Counted from the whole stretch's first letter, positions 19,062 through 29,914 are shown. The stretch is DNA of 62,357 nt, filler included, from Limisphaerales bacterium (GCA_044225505.1; 4 parts of 4 records of this genome joined end to end with filler, not necessarily neighbours in it); one strand, 5' to 3'. Notes: generated by a model from the letters alone, not told the origin. A program made the numbers and translations.

Positions 19062-20427
19062 ATGCCCACTGACGATTTGTTCAGCGCCACGCCGCCGGCG
19101 AATCTGGCCAAATCTGAGGTTTCTTCGAGTGCATCACCGTCAGGGAACGGAAATGCTCCCCTGGCCGCGCGGATGCGCCCCCGATCTCTGGACGAGTACT
19201 TCGGGCAATCGCATATCCTCGGCCCGGGCCAGTTATTGCGGCGTGCTATTGAGGCTGACCGCATCCAGTCGTTGATCTTCTACGGCCCACCCGGAACGGG
19301 AAAGACGTCGTTGGCCAGGATTATTGCCGCCCGGACTCGAAATAAGTTTGAACGGCTGAGTGGGGTTGAGAGTAACGTGGCGGACATGCGGCGCGTCCTG
19401 GCAGCCGCAGCCCATCGACTGGAAAACACGGGGCTTTCAACCATCCTGTTCATTGACGAGATTCACCGCTTCAACAAAGCACAACAGGACGTGCTCCTCC
19501 CCGACGTCGAGAGTGGCGTAATTCGGTTGATCGGAGCGACTACGCATAACCCGTTCTTCTTCGTTAATTCGCCCCTGGTCTCACGATCGCAGATCTTTGA
19601 GTTACGACCTCTTACTGAGCTTGAACTCTTCGGACTTCTTCAGAGCGCGTTGCAGGATCCGGAGCGCGGCTTGGGTAGGACACCGGTAAAAGCGGAAGAG
19701 GTAGCGCTCCGCCACCTTGCTAGAATTGCCGACGGCGACGCCCGTAAGGCTCTGAACGCACTAGAGATTGCCGTTCTCACGACGCCCCCGGGCGCCGATG
19801 GTGTGGTTTCACTGAATCTATCTACGGCAGAACAGAGCATTCAAAAGAAGGCCATTGTCTATGACGGCGATGGCGATGCTCACTATGATACGATTTCCGC
19901 GTTCATTAAGTCGATGCGGGGCAGCGACCCGGACGCGACTTTATATTGGCTGGCAAAGATGATCCACGCTGGGGAAGACCCACGTTGGGCTCGCGGAACC
20001 GCTGGCTTTGGTTCTGGCGAGCGCCGCTCATCAAGCCGCAGAGTTTGTCGGGTGGCCAGAAGCCCGGATCCCAATCGCCGAGGCGGCGTTGTTCATCGCG
20101 ACGGCCCCAAAAAGCAATACCAGCGTAGCAGCGATCGACGCTGCGCTCGAAGATGTTCGCTCTGGCCGAACGCTTCCGGTTCCCGGACACCTTCGCGACG
20201 CACATTACCAAGGCGCAAAGCGACTGGGCCATGGCGAAGGGTATCAATACGCGCACGATCACCCAGGACATTTCGTTGCGCAAGACTATCTGGGGGCGTT
20301 CCGACGCTATTACGAGCCGACAGAGCAAGGTCGGGAGCGTGCCATCAGGGATCGTTTAGCCCAGTGGCGCTCGCAATTGCCTGGCAGAACGGGGAAACCG
20401 GTCCAGCCGCCGAAACCTGGCTCTTAG
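19062..20427 (+). pseudogene. rarA: Replication-associated recombination protein A (MgsA/RarA), frameshifted by a short deletion at ~19985
   Basis: PLAARMRP, GPPGTGKT, DEIHRFNKAQQD, AFIKSMRGSDPDA…GEDPR, then the frame switches to VGLAEPLAL…PKSN…HLRDAHY…YQYAHD. May be an assembly artefact. Confidence 0.85.
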
Positions 20428-20430
20428 AGA

Positions 20431-21042
20431 ATGTCAGCCCAGCCTTTTCGAGCTTCGCCCGACGATCAGGAGTCTAACGCCACCTTGAAGGCGCGCCTTC
20501 GGGCTGCACTCCGGGCTTGGACCAAACAGGTCTCTCCGGCAGATCGCCTGGCCGCGTCGGAGTCGGTTTGTCGCCAGATTCGGGAGCATCGCGCGTGGCA
20601 GGAGTCCGCGACTGTTCTCCTCTACGCGCCATTATCGGATGAACTTGATCTTTCGCAACTAGTTGGGGTTGCGTTAGGTGCAGGAAAACGTGTTGCTCTT
20701 CCCCAGTTCGATGCTGCCTTGGGCAGGTACCGGGCCTGCCAGATCCTTACAACGATCGATGCGCTCGCTCCAGGACGATTCAACATTCCCGAGCCTGGAA
20801 GCGAGTGTTTGACGATCCCATTAAAGCAACTGGACTTCATTGCGGTCCCCGGGGTAGGTTTTGACGTATCTGGCCGCAGACTGGGCCGCGGGCGAGGATA
20901 TTACGACCGCTTGCTGGCGGATATTTGTGGATGCAAGTGCGGAGTGGCCTATGACCAACAAGTCACCGCACAAATTCCAGTGGAAGAGCACGACATTTTG
21001 TTGGACTGTATAGTGACGCCGTCTCGCTGGCTCAATGTCTAG
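20431..21042 (+). CDS. 5-formyltetrahydrofolate cyclo-ligase
   Basis: VPGVGFDVSGRRLGRGRGYYDRLL and HD…D.IVT motifs. Confidence 0.93.
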   Translation: MSAQPFRASPDDQESNATLKARLRAALRAWTKQVSPADRLAASESVCRQIREHRAWQESATVLLYAPLSDELDLSQLVGVALGAGKRVALPQFDAALGRYRACQILTTIDALAPGRFNIPEPGSECLTIPLKQLDFIAVPGVGFDVSGRRLGRGRGYYDRLLADICGCKCGVAYDQQVTAQIPVEEHDILLDCIVTPSRWLNV

Positions 21043-21058
21043 CGAAGATGGGTAGGAG

Positions 21059-22621
21059 ATGATCGGGTTGGACAATACATTATTTCAAACCGCGCTGTTT
21101 GTTGCAGGCGCTGCCGTAGGATATGGGTTGTCTCGTTGGCGTGAATCCAGACTCAAAATTGCCATTGGCCAGAGCCAGCAGGCCATTTTGGACAACGCTC
21201 GCCGTGAGGCCGAAGCGATCACCCGCGAGGCACGCCTGGCCGCTACCGAAGAGGCGCTAAAACAGCGGGAACAGACAGAGAAAACGTTTGCCAGCCGGCT
21301 CCGCGAGGTTGGTGAAATGGAGCAGCGCCTCGCCAAACGCGAGTCTCTGATTAATGGGCAATTCGAAGGAGTGGTTCAGCAGGAAAAAGCCCTCAGCGCC
21401 CAGAAAGTCGAGTTAGAAAAAGCCCACGTAAATCTGGAGTCTGAGAAAGCGCGACTCAGTCAGCTTTGCGCAGCGCGTCAGGACGAATTGCAGCGGCTTG
21501 GCCACTTAAGCGAAGCCGAAGCCCGTGCCTTGCTGCTTAAGGAGGTCGAACAACATTCCCTGCGCGATGCGGCTGACTTATCGCGGCATATCGTCGAGAA
21601 CGCGAAGACTCGCGCTGAAGAGGAAGCCCGCCGCATTATCAGTCTAGCCGTCCAACGCTATGCGGGGAGTCACACGTTTGAAACCACCACTGCGACCGTT
21701 GCTCTGCAAGGCGATGATATCAAAGGACGTATCATTGGCCGCGAGGGGCGAAATATCCGTGCCTTCGAAGCTGCGACCGGCATCACCGTGTTAATTGACG
21801 ACACTCCGAATGCCGTGGTTCTCTCCGGTTTCGACCCGGTGCGGCGTGAGATTGCCCGGGAAGCAATGCAGCGCCTGATTCTCGACGGTCGGATCCATCC
21901 GACACGCATTGAGGAAGTCGTGGCGAAGGTCTCGGAGGAGATGGACGAAACGATTTTGCGAGCCGCAGAAGAGGCGGTTTACAAGGTTGGCCTGACGCCG
22001 ATGCACGTCGAGATCATGAAGCTACTCGGGCGACTCCGGTTCCGCCATAGTTTTTCCCAAAACATACTTGATCATTCGGTGGAAGTTGCCCATTTGACCG
22101 GTCTCATGGCCGTTGAGCTTGGGATTGACGTAACTGCGGCAAAACGTTCCGGCCTGCTCCATGACATCGGGAAAGCAGTCGATCACGAAGTGGCGGGGTC
22201 GCATGCGATGATCGGCGCCGATTTTATACGTCGGCATGGTGAGAGTGATGACGTCGTCAATGGCGTCGCGTCCCATCACGACGAGGTGCCCCATACCAAC
22301 TTACTTGGTATCCTAGTCAGTGCCGCCGATGCGATCAGCGCATCGAGACCGGGCGCCCGATCGGAGACCATGACGACCTACATCAAACGTCTCGAACATC
22401 TGGAACAGATCGGACTCTCCTTTCCAGGAGTGGACCGCTGTTTCGCTGTGCAAGCTGGCCGGGAATTGCGTGTGATCGTTCAACCCGAACAGGTGGACGA
22501 CGCTCAAGCCCAAGCGTTAGCGCGAAGCTTGGTTCGGAAGATCGAAGACGAGCTGCATTACCCGGGTCAGATCCGGGTAACCGTCGTCCGCGAGACCAGG
22601 TGTGTGGAGTATGCGAAGTAG
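21059..22621 (+). CDS. rny: Ribonuclease Y
   Basis: N-terminal TM, coiled coil, KH domain (KGRIIGREGRNIR), HD domain (LLHDIGK, AADAISASRPGAR). Confidence 0.97.
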   Translation: MIGLDNTLFQTALFVAGAAVGYGLSRWRESRLKIAIGQSQQAILDNARREAEAITREARLAATEEALKQREQTEKTFASRLREVGEMEQRLAKRESLINGQFEGVVQQEKALSAQKVELEKAHVNLESEKARLSQLCAARQDELQRLGHLSEAEARALLLKEVEQHSLRDAADLSRHIVENAKTRAEEEARRIISLAVQRYAGSHTFETTTATVALQGDDIKGRIIGREGRNIRAFEAATGITVLIDDTPNAVVLSGFDPVRREIAREAMQRLILDGRIHPTRIEEVVAKVSEEMDETILRAAEEAVYKVGLTPMHVEIMKLLGRLRFRHSFSQNILDHSVEVAHLTGLMAVELGIDVTAAKRSGLLHDIGKAVDHEVAGSHAMIGADFIRRHGESDDVVNGVASHHDEVPHTNLLGILVSAADAISASRPGARSETMTTYIKRLEHLEQIGLSFPGVDRCFAVQAGRELRVIVQPEQVDDAQAQALARSLVRKIEDELHYPGQIRVTVVRETRCVEYAK

Positions 22622-22705
22622 AAAGCGGTCAGAGGACGGAAAGTCACAAACCGTAACGAACTCCTCCCGCAAACGTTAGCCCAACTGCGGAGAGCCAGCG
22701 GGCTC

Positions 22706-22870
22706 TCACCTACCCTCTAAGATCGACGGAGGCAACCCATGCTCCCAGTTCTTGGGAGCATTCCATGGGCGTTCTGCCATGTTTTCGCTGTCCGTGCTTG
22801 CACAACCCCAACCCGCACCGACAACGATCAGTAGCATGATCAACCATCCGTATCGAAGCAGGGATTTCAT
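22706..22870 (-). CDS. Small putative lipoprotein
   Basis: MKSLLRYGWLIMLLIVVGAGWGC lipobox-like start, then RPWNAPKNWEHGLP. Confidence 0.6.
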   Translation of the reverse strand: MKSLLRYGWLIMLLIVVGAGWGCASTDSENMAERPWNAPKNWEHGLPPSILEGR

Positions 22871-22911
22871 GGGGTGTTGGCTCGGCTCAATGTGCTCTGG
22901 AAACTGCTGGC

Positions 22912-23664
22912 TTAGTAGACAACCTGGTCGCCTTCCAGCACGTCGGCCTGTTTCCAATCAGGCATTATGTTGGCAATGCTGCGGTTCGCTTCCACCTTCG
23001 TCACGCGAACCTTGGCGACGAGTTTGCCGTCGCGGTTAACCAGAAGCTTCCCGTTCTCCACGACACCCTGATTTCCACCCACGTCAAGAACAACGAAATC
23101 GTAACGCGGATCCACTGCCAAAATCTTTCCGATCAAGCCCTGGCGCATCGGTGGGTCAAGGTCAGGCCCGATAAACCGGCTCAGTTCGACTTTCAGTTCG
23201 CTATTGGAACGGAGCAAAATCTTGTTTTCGTCGGCGTAACGATCCCGCTCTTCGTTTGAACGAGCGAGCTGTTCCTTAAAGCCACGGATTTGGTCAGGCG
23301 TGACCTGGAGTTGCTTCCACATCGACAATTCGGTTTGGGCATCATTCCGTTCGCCCGTCACCTTCGTGAGTTCTTCGCTCACTTGGTTCGCACGCTTTTC
23401 CTGCTCGGCCAACCGAGTCGTGGTCGCCTCGAGCGCGGTCGACTTTTCCGTTAATTCTTTGCTGGCCTTGTCGAGTTCTTCCCTCGCTAGACGCCGGTCT
23501 TTTTCCGCTTTGCGTTGAGCCTCTTCAGCGGTCTTTTGGGCGCCGAGAGCTGTCTCCTTCTCGGAAGTCAGGGTCGTGATGCGCTCAGACACGCTAAAAT
23601 GAGTGAAATAGAGGGTGCCTAGACCCGCCAAGATTGCGATCACCAAACTGATTCGAAGTAGCAT
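22912..23664 (-). CDS. Membrane-anchored coiled-coil protein with C-terminal beta-barrel domain
   Basis: N-terminal TM, ~150-aa coiled coil, GKILAVDPRYDFVVLDVGGNQGV…EGDQV. Confidence 0.8.
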   Translation of the reverse strand: MLLRISLVIAILAGLGTLYFTHFSVSERITTLTSEKETALGAQKTAEEAQRKAEKDRRLAREELDKASKELTEKSTALEATTTRLAEQEKRANQVSEELTKVTGERNDAQTELSMWKQLQVTPDQIRGFKEQLARSNEERDRYADENKILLRSNSELKVELSRFIGPDLDPPMRQGLIGKILAVDPRYDFVVLDVGGNQGVVENGKLLVNRDGKLVAKVRVTKVEANRSIANIMPDWKQADVLEGDQVVY

Positions 23665-23952
23665 GATCTCTGTATTCTGGGTTAAAAACTGTACTTAGAC
23701 TAGTCAGGCCTGCGCATAGTGTCAACGATCCTTTGGCTTTACAGCAGCTCAAGAGGCGGAAAAATGCAAAATTACCCCTCCAGGCAGCGTTTAAAGCTCT
23801 CAGCACCCCTACCGATGGGGTCTGCAACGCGTTTGAGTTGCCAGAATCCGCCCGCGTCACCCCGGTTTTCGCCACGCCCGCTCGCACCGCGAGACGATTT
23901 GATAATTCTGTTGAGTTCTGTGGGCGAACCTTCCTAATAGAGAACGATCGAT

Positions 23953-24450
23953 ATGAACTTGGACGAGGCACAAAAACAAAAAGTTGCAGCTTGGGTAGCC
24001 GAGGGTCTCAAACTCTCCGATATCCAGAAACGCCTGGCGGACTCTGGCTTGACCCTGACTTACATGGAAGTCCGATTCCTGGTGGATGACTTGCGCCTGA
24101 CGCCAAAAGACGCCGATCGCGTGAAGCCAGTGGAAATCGCCCAACAGGGACCCGGTCCTGCCGCAAGCAGCCCCTCCGCCCCGCCGGCCAGCAAACCCAT
24201 CAGCCCGCTCGCACCTGAACCGGAACCTGCGCCTGGCGGCGTAACCGTCCGTGTCGACCAAATCACCCGACCCGGGGCCGTTGCGAGTGGTAACGTCCGC
24301 TTTACGGACGGGAATTCCGCGGATTGGTATCTCGACCAGATGGGCCGGCTTGGGTTGCTCCCCAAAACGCCTGGTTACCGCCCTTCCCAGGCGGATGTTA
24401 TGGCGTTTCAAGCCGAACTGCAGAATGAGCTCGGCCGGTTGGGACTCTAA
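23953..24450 (+). CDS. Conserved hypothetical two-domain protein with Pro-rich linker
   Basis: 165-aa ORF with ATG start; helical N-terminal domain, linker, C-terminal SGNVRFTDG…WYLDQMGRLG. Confidence 0.75.
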   Translation: MNLDEAQKQKVAAWVAEGLKLSDIQKRLADSGLTLTYMEVRFLVDDLRLTPKDADRVKPVEIAQQGPGPAASSPSAPPASKPISPLAPEPEPAPGGVTVRVDQITRPGAVASGNVRFTDGNSADWYLDQMGRLGLLPKTPGYRPSQADVMAFQAELQNELGRLGL

Positions 24451-24536
24451 CAACCGGGCCGAATATCTTCATTCTTCCGCCCGCGGCATTGGCCTATTCC
24501 TCTGGCCGCCGCGCTAACAGATGTTCGCGGAAACGG

Positions 24537-25817
24537 CTACTCGTAGCGCAGCGATTCGATTGGATTCAAGTTCGCTGCTTTGACGGCGGGATACGTTCCA
24601 AACAAGACGCCGACTCCACAACAGATCAGCAGCCCCAGGATGACCCAGTCCACTGGAATCACCGGAGGGACACCCATTAAGAACGCGGCGGCGTTTCCGC
24701 AGACAACCCCGAGGATGACGCCAGCGATTCCGCCAATTTGGCAGAGGACAACGGCTTCCAGGATGAATTGCATGATGATGTGCCGTCGTTTCGCACCGAT
24801 GGCGCGACGAATGCCAATCTCGCGCGTTCGTTCGGTCACGGACACCAGCATGATGTTCATGATACCGACACCGGCAGCAAGTAACGCAATTGAACTTACC
24901 ACCGCCACTCCGATTCGAACCGTCAGAGTAAATGATTGAAACTGCTCGACCAACGAGTCGTTAGAGAAGATTTCGAAATCATCCTCGCCTCCGGGTGGCA
25001 CTTTGCGCACCGCGCGCAAGATTCCTCGGACTTGTTCAATCGAGTCCAGGTAAGTGCCTTGGTCGCGGGCCTGAACCAGGATTGTGACGCTGCGCCAGAG
25101 CCGCCCAAAGCGGTTTAACCCCGTCGTGATAGGAATGACCGCGAAATTGTCCTGGTCACCACCCAGCATCGCTCCTTTCGCTTCGAGAACGCCCACCACG
25201 GAATAGTTAATCCCGTCGACCTTGACACGTTCTCCTAAAGCCGATCCGTGCGGAAAAAGCGTGTCGGCCAGGCCTGCCCCCAGGACACAGACATCATGGA
25301 ACGCCTCCACGTCCACCTCCGACAACGATCGTCCTTCTTCCAAAATCCAGTTCTTCGCGGGGAAACTGCCCGGGCTCTCTCCGAGCAATTTGGCGGTCGG
25401 GGCGGACTTATCAAAGCGCGAAGACATTTCGCCGGTCCAAAATTCGGCTTCGAACCCGACGGTAGAAGCCAAGCTGGCTCGCTCCTTGACTTGCGTTCCC
25501 TGCTGAATATTCAAGCTCTTGCGCCGCCAGAACTTCTCGTAACCTTCCGGGCCGCCGAAGTAGGCGCCAGGCCATTTTTGGACGGCGAAGCTGTTGGCAC
25601 CGAGCTGGCTGAGCGCCGTCTCGACGTTATTCTGCAGAACGCGCATGGCCGTCATGACCACGATGATGGAAAAGACGCCGACACGAATGCCCAGGAGCGT
25701 CAATGCCGAGCGGAGTTTATGCACGGCGATGGCGCCGGTCGCCATGACGAAGCTTTCTTTGAACTCCGTATAGCGGCTCCGAACCGTCGCTTTAGGGTAT
25801 GTCGAGAGAGGGTTCAT
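24537..25817 (-). CDS. MacB/FtsX-family ABC transporter permease
   Basis: KLRSALTLLG, GIMNIMLVSVTERTREIGIRRAIGA, NPIESLRYE. Confidence 0.93.
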   Translation of the reverse strand: MNPLSTYPKATVRSRYTEFKESFVMATGAIAVHKLRSALTLLGIRVGVFSIIVVMTAMRVLQNNVETALSQLGANSFAVQKWPGAYFGGPEGYEKFWRRKSLNIQQGTQVKERASLASTVGFEAEFWTGEMSSRFDKSAPTAKLLGESPGSFPAKNWILEEGRSLSEVDVEAFHDVCVLGAGLADTLFPHGSALGERVKVDGINYSVVGVLEAKGAMLGGDQDNFAVIPITTGLNRFGRLWRSVTILVQARDQGTYLDSIEQVRGILRAVRKVPPGGEDDFEIFSNDSLVEQFQSFTLTVRIGVAVVSSIALLAAGVGIMNIMLVSVTERTREIGIRRAIGAKRRHIIMQFILEAVVLCQIGGIAGVILGVVCGNAAAFLMGVPPVIPVDWVILGLLICCGVGVLFGTYPAVKAANLNPIESLRYE

Positions 25818-25835
25818 CCAGCTGTCCCGCTCTGG

Positions 25836-27068
25836 TTATTCGTTGCGGAGGGCATCGACTGGATTCATGCGAGCGGCTCTCCACGCGGGCAGGAAGCCCG
25901 CCACCACTCCAGTGACCAACGAAACGAGCACCGCAATCCCCACGACCGTCAAGGACATGCTTGCAGGCAAGAACCGTTTGAGAACAAAGGTGAGGGGAAA
26001 GGCAATGGCCACTCCCAGGGCGCCGCTGAACAAACAAATGCTCGCGGCCTCAGTCAGGAACTGCAGCAGGATTGCGCGTCTCTTCGCCCCCACCGCTTTT
26101 CGAATCCCGATCTCGCGCGTTCGTTCCGCCACCGAAACAAACATGATATTCATAATGCCAATCCCGCCCACAAAGAGTGAAAGCCCCGTGATGAACAAAC
26201 CGACCGCTGCGATCACGCCGGAAACTCTCTGAAAGGCGGCCATTAATGCTTCCTGCTGATTGATGGCGAAGTCGTCGTCAAGACCCGGAGCCACGTGCCG
26301 AATCTTTCGCAACGCGCCGCGCACCTCCTCGCGCGCGCTTTCCAGTTCGTCAATATTTGCGACCTTCACTTGCACGGAGAAATCGGGAAACGGTTGAAAC
26401 TGGCCAATAAACTGGCCGACCGGAATAATCACCTGATTGTCGAGACTGAACGCGCCCAGGAAGTTCCCTTGCTTCTCCATGACCCCCACAATTTCGTAAG
26501 GCGATTGTCCCACCCGGATGCGTTTCCCGAGGGCGGATTCGTTAATGAACAGATTGGTCGCAACCTGATACCCGAGGACACAGACCGGACGCCCTCCCTC
26601 AGACTCGGGCCCGGAAATAAATCGGCCTTCGTTGATCGACATTCCGCCCGTGAACTGAAACTGTTCTGTTGTGCCGATCACGGTCACTCCGCTCGAACTC
26701 CGATGGTTGTATTTGACGGTGTCCCGCGAGGCCGCAAACGGAGCCACGGCGCGGGCTTGGGTGAGTTGCTTTTCCAGAGATCGGACTTGTGCCAACGAGA
26801 TCGGACGCCGTTGCCTCTGCTTTAGCCAGTCCTCGCGAGTTCGGTTAAACCAGCCTGAGCGTTCCACGTAGAGAACGTCGGCGCCGATGATCGAGATACT
26901 CTGGACAAACGCTTTGCGAAGGCCATCGATCGCGGTCCCCATCAACGTGACAGTCACAATCCCAATGACAATCCCGATAGTCGTCAAGGATGAGCGCATT
27001 TTGTTCGCTCGTAACGCCTCGATCGAAATCCCCAAACTTTCCCTAAACTCGGTCAACAAACTGGTCAT
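25836..27068 (-). CDS. MacB/FtsX-family ABC transporter permease
   Basis: NKMRSSLTTIG, GIMNIMFVSVAERTREIGIRKAVGA, NPVDALRNE. Confidence 0.93.
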   Translation of the reverse strand: MTSLLTEFRESLGISIEALRANKMRSSLTTIGIVIGIVTVTLMGTAIDGLRKAFVQSISIIGADVLYVERSGWFNRTREDWLKQRQRRPISLAQVRSLEKQLTQARAVAPFAASRDTVKYNHRSSSGVTVIGTTEQFQFTGGMSINEGRFISGPESEGGRPVCVLGYQVATNLFINESALGKRIRVGQSPYEIVGVMEKQGNFLGAFSLDNQVIIPVGQFIGQFQPFPDFSVQVKVANIDELESAREEVRGALRKIRHVAPGLDDDFAINQQEALMAAFQRVSGVIAAVGLFITGLSLFVGGIGIMNIMFVSVAERTREIGIRKAVGAKRRAILLQFLTEAASICLFSGALGVAIAFPLTFVLKRFLPASMSLTVVGIAVLVSLVTGVVAGFLPAWRAARMNPVDALRNE

Positions 27069-27130
27069 ATCGGATTTGGCGCCGGACTGGGGTGCCCGAT
27101 CACAAAGGCGCCGCCAGCGAGCCGCAGGAT

Positions 27131-27865
27131 CTATCCATGGGCAGTGGCCGCAAAATCGGCGGCCGGCGCTCCAGGACCCTCTGGACGGATGCGTTCGTCG
27201 CCCGCGATGAGTCCATCCTTGATGCGAATGATTCGACGTGAATGGCGGGCGACGTCTTCTTCGTGAGTCACAACGAGGATGGTATTCCCTTTTTCCGAGA
27301 GAGCCTCGAACAACGCCAGAATTTCATCACCTGTTTTCGAGTCCAAGTTCCCGGTGGGCTCGTCCGCTAGAATAATCGAGGGATTCGTCACCAGGGCTCG
27401 GGCGATCGCCACGCGCTGGCGTTGTCCACCGGAAAGCTCATTTGGCTTGTGGTGGATTCGATCGGCCAATCCAACATGTCGCAAGGCACCCAGGGCGGCT
27501 TCCCGCCGATCTTCGACGGACACGCCAGCATAGATGAGTGGCAATTCGACGTTGCGCAACGCGTTCGACCGCGGCAGCAAGTTAAACGTTTGAAAGACAA
27601 ACCCAATTTCGCGATTCCGGACCTCAGCGAGATGATTGTCATCCATTTCGCTGACGTTCGTCCCGTTCAGCTCATAACTGCCTGAACTAGCGATATCCAA
27701 ACAGCCGAGGATGTTCATCAACGTTGACTTGCCCGAACCGGACGGTCCCATGATCGCAACGTACTCGCCCCGCTCAATGGTCAGGGTGATCTCGCGCAAC
27801 GCATGGATCGTTTCGGTTCCCATGACGTAGCTCCGCGTCACTTGATTAAGTCGGATAAGGCTCAC
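27131..27865 (-). CDS. ABC transporter ATP-binding protein (MacB/LolD-like)
   Basis: [38 protein letters not shown]. Confidence 0.95.
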   Translation of the reverse strand: MSLIRLNQVTRSYVMGTETIHALREITLTIERGEYVAIMGPSGSGKSTLMNILGCLDIASSGSYELNGTNVSEMDDNHLAEVRNREIGFVFQTFNLLPRSNALRNVELPLIYAGVSVEDRREAALGALRHVGLADRIHHKPNELSGGQRQRVAIARALVTNPSIILADEPTGNLDSKTGDEILALFEALSEKGNTILVVTHEEDVARHSRRIIRIKDGLIAGDERIRPEGPGAPAADFAATAHG

Positions 27866-28139
27866 GGCGACGTCTTCTTTCCGGGATCGCTCTTCGCCGG
27901 GCCCACCTTTACCTTTTTTCCATCCGCGAGTTCCCGACTGATCGCTTTATAGCCGCCGGAGACCACGTCTCGCCCCTCCTGCAGGCCATCGATAATCTCC
28001 GTATACGCATCGTCGCTGATTCCGCGGGTCACAGGGACCATCACGGCACGCTCGTCCTGAACCGTGAACACGACCTCGATCGGCTTCTTCGCATCAGACG
28101 CTGCTTTGGACGATTTACCGCGACCGCCCGCGTCTGAGG
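27862..28139 (-). CDS. MacA-like periplasmic adaptor subunit, C-terminal fragment cut by the contig edge
   Basis: IEVVFTV…[22 protein letters not shown]; overlaps the ATPase start. Confidence 0.8.
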
Positions 28140-28239
28140 NNNNNNNNNNNNNNNNNNNNNNNNNNNNNNNNNNNNNNNNNNNNTTAATTAATTAANNNNN
28201 NNNNNNNNNNNNNNNNNNNNNNNNNNNNNNNNNNNNNNN
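28140..28239. other. Artificial contig linker
   Basis: N-run, TTAATTAATTAA (stops in all frames), N-run; 100 nt. Confidence 0.99.
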
Positions 28240-28446
28240 CTCCAAGTCCAGAATCAATACGTTTGGCAACGGATAACGCGCACGATCGCTATAGACCCCG
28301 GCACCCAGTAAATAACTGACGGCCTCCTTGGCGTTCTTGGCGTGGTGCACTAGAGCAAGCGTCGGACAGTCCGCAATTGCCTGACGAAGCAGGTGCGCGT
28401 CATCTTCCCGATCTTCCATCAAGAATACTTTGCACGTCGGCTGCAT
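28240..28446 (-). CDS. Response regulator receiver domain, N-terminal part cut by the contig edge
   Basis: VFLMEDREDD…EAVSYLLG.G.YSDR..YPLPNVLILDL. Confidence 0.8.
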
Positions 28447-28603
28447 GGAGAGAGTATAAGAAGTCCTGCGATCACTTTGCATTCGTGACCGCCCTGAAAA
28501 AAAACCCACAGAATCCCTGATCCCGTCTCGATACCGCGCACGACTCTCCAGCGTCGACTGTCACTGGCGAAAAGGAGAGAAATCATCGCCAGATAGGCCT
28601 CGT

Positions 28604-29332
28604 TCAGAAGAGCCGCAACCACAGCCACGTTAATCCAGGAGCGTATAGCAGGCTCGGTAGATAGTCGGCCAAGGCTACCTTTTTCAGTTCGAGAATGATT
28701 AAGGCGATGCAGAAGACAAGCAATCCACCAGTCAAGCTGAGGGTCTCCAACAGGCGGGGGTCCCGAAGGTACGGTTCCGCTAGCCCAGACAAGAGCGTAA
28801 TCGAGCCTTGGTAAGCCAGAACCGGAATCGCCGCCAGCATGACTCCCCATCCGAAGACTTTGGAGAAGGCCATCGTCGCTAATCCGTCGAGCACCGACTT
28901 TACGGCCAACGTTCGGAAACTGCCCAGCAGCCCATCCTGCAACGCTCCCAAGATGGCCATCGGCCCAACGCAAAACAGCAGTGTGCAAGTAATAAAACCC
29001 TCCCCCACCCGACTATTTCGAGCCGATTTGGCCGTCGTGAATCTTTGCTGGGCGGACTGCCCTAAGCGGTTCAGCGCCCGCTGCAACCGCAAGAGCTGCC
29101 CCGTCATTTTGCCGAGCATTAACGCGAGAATGGCAGTCGCCAATTGCCCCGCCCGATGCGCCAAGGAGCCGCTAAAACCTCCCAAGGCCATGCTCAGCCC
29201 GGCGTAAACGGTAAACACGCCTAAGAGCACCTTCAATCGTGCCTGGTTTGTCGGGGACAGATCTTTGGTGGTGGCCAAACCCACAACGCCACCCACGAGG
29301 ATCGCCGCGGCATTAAGAAGTGTTCCAATCAT
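28604..29332 (-). CDS. DUF554 family membrane protein
   Basis: MIGTLLNAAAILVGG, GFITCTLLFCVGPMAILGALQDGL, KSVLDG, YQGSIT. Confidence 0.9.
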   Translation of the reverse strand: MIGTLLNAAAILVGGVVGLATTKDLSPTNQARLKVLLGVFTVYAGLSMALGGFSGSLAHRAGQLATAILALMLGKMTGQLLRLQRALNRLGQSAQQRFTTAKSARNSRVGEGFITCTLLFCVGPMAILGALQDGLLGSFRTLAVKSVLDGLATMAFSKVFGWGVMLAAIPVLAYQGSITLLSGLAEPYLRDPRLLETLSLTGGLLVFCIALIILELKKVALADYLPSLLYAPGLTWLWLRLF

Positions 29333-29715
29333 AAAAGCGGAGAGGACCCCGTGCACCGCCGCTGCGCAACCAATTCGAGTGCGAACGGAGTCCGGCTTGC
29401 AGTCGGATTTTCAATAGCCCAAGTCATGTTCGTGACAAGCGTCCGAGACATTAAAGCGGCTCTGGTGCCACGACGAGGCACAAATGCCCGGCACTCGCCG
29501 GCGAGGAAACGAACAGGCCTGACCTACCGCAAATAGACTATTTTGCCAAACGCGGAGACGGAGGAACTGCAGGCCAGCACGGGACCAGAGGCCGGCGGCT
29601 GGGTTGCCCGCGGTTCGAGTGTCACCGATGGCCCTTGCAGCGCAGCCGCTAATCAAAAGCCGAAAATCCTTATTGCAATTGTGATGCCTAACGGGCAGCT
29701 TCATGAGACTTGGTT

Positions 29716-29793
29716 CGGGGCGTAGCGTAGCCTGGCTAGCGCGCGTGTTTCGGGTACACGAGGTCGTGAGTTCAAATCTCACCGCCCCGACCA
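29716..29793 (+). tRNA. tRNA-Pro(CGG)
   Basis: CGGGGCG acceptor stem, anticodon arm CGTGT-TTCGGGT-ACACG, GTTCAAAT T-loop, CCA end. Confidence 0.96.
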
Positions 29794-29914
29794 TTTTTCT
29801 TCGATTTCATTTTTTCCAACGTTTCCCAGTCAAAATATGAACGTCGCATTGCGCGTGTCTGGGGATGACAAGGACCTTGCGCTCAATCCACGGCATGGTC
29901 CCCGCCCTCGGTTG

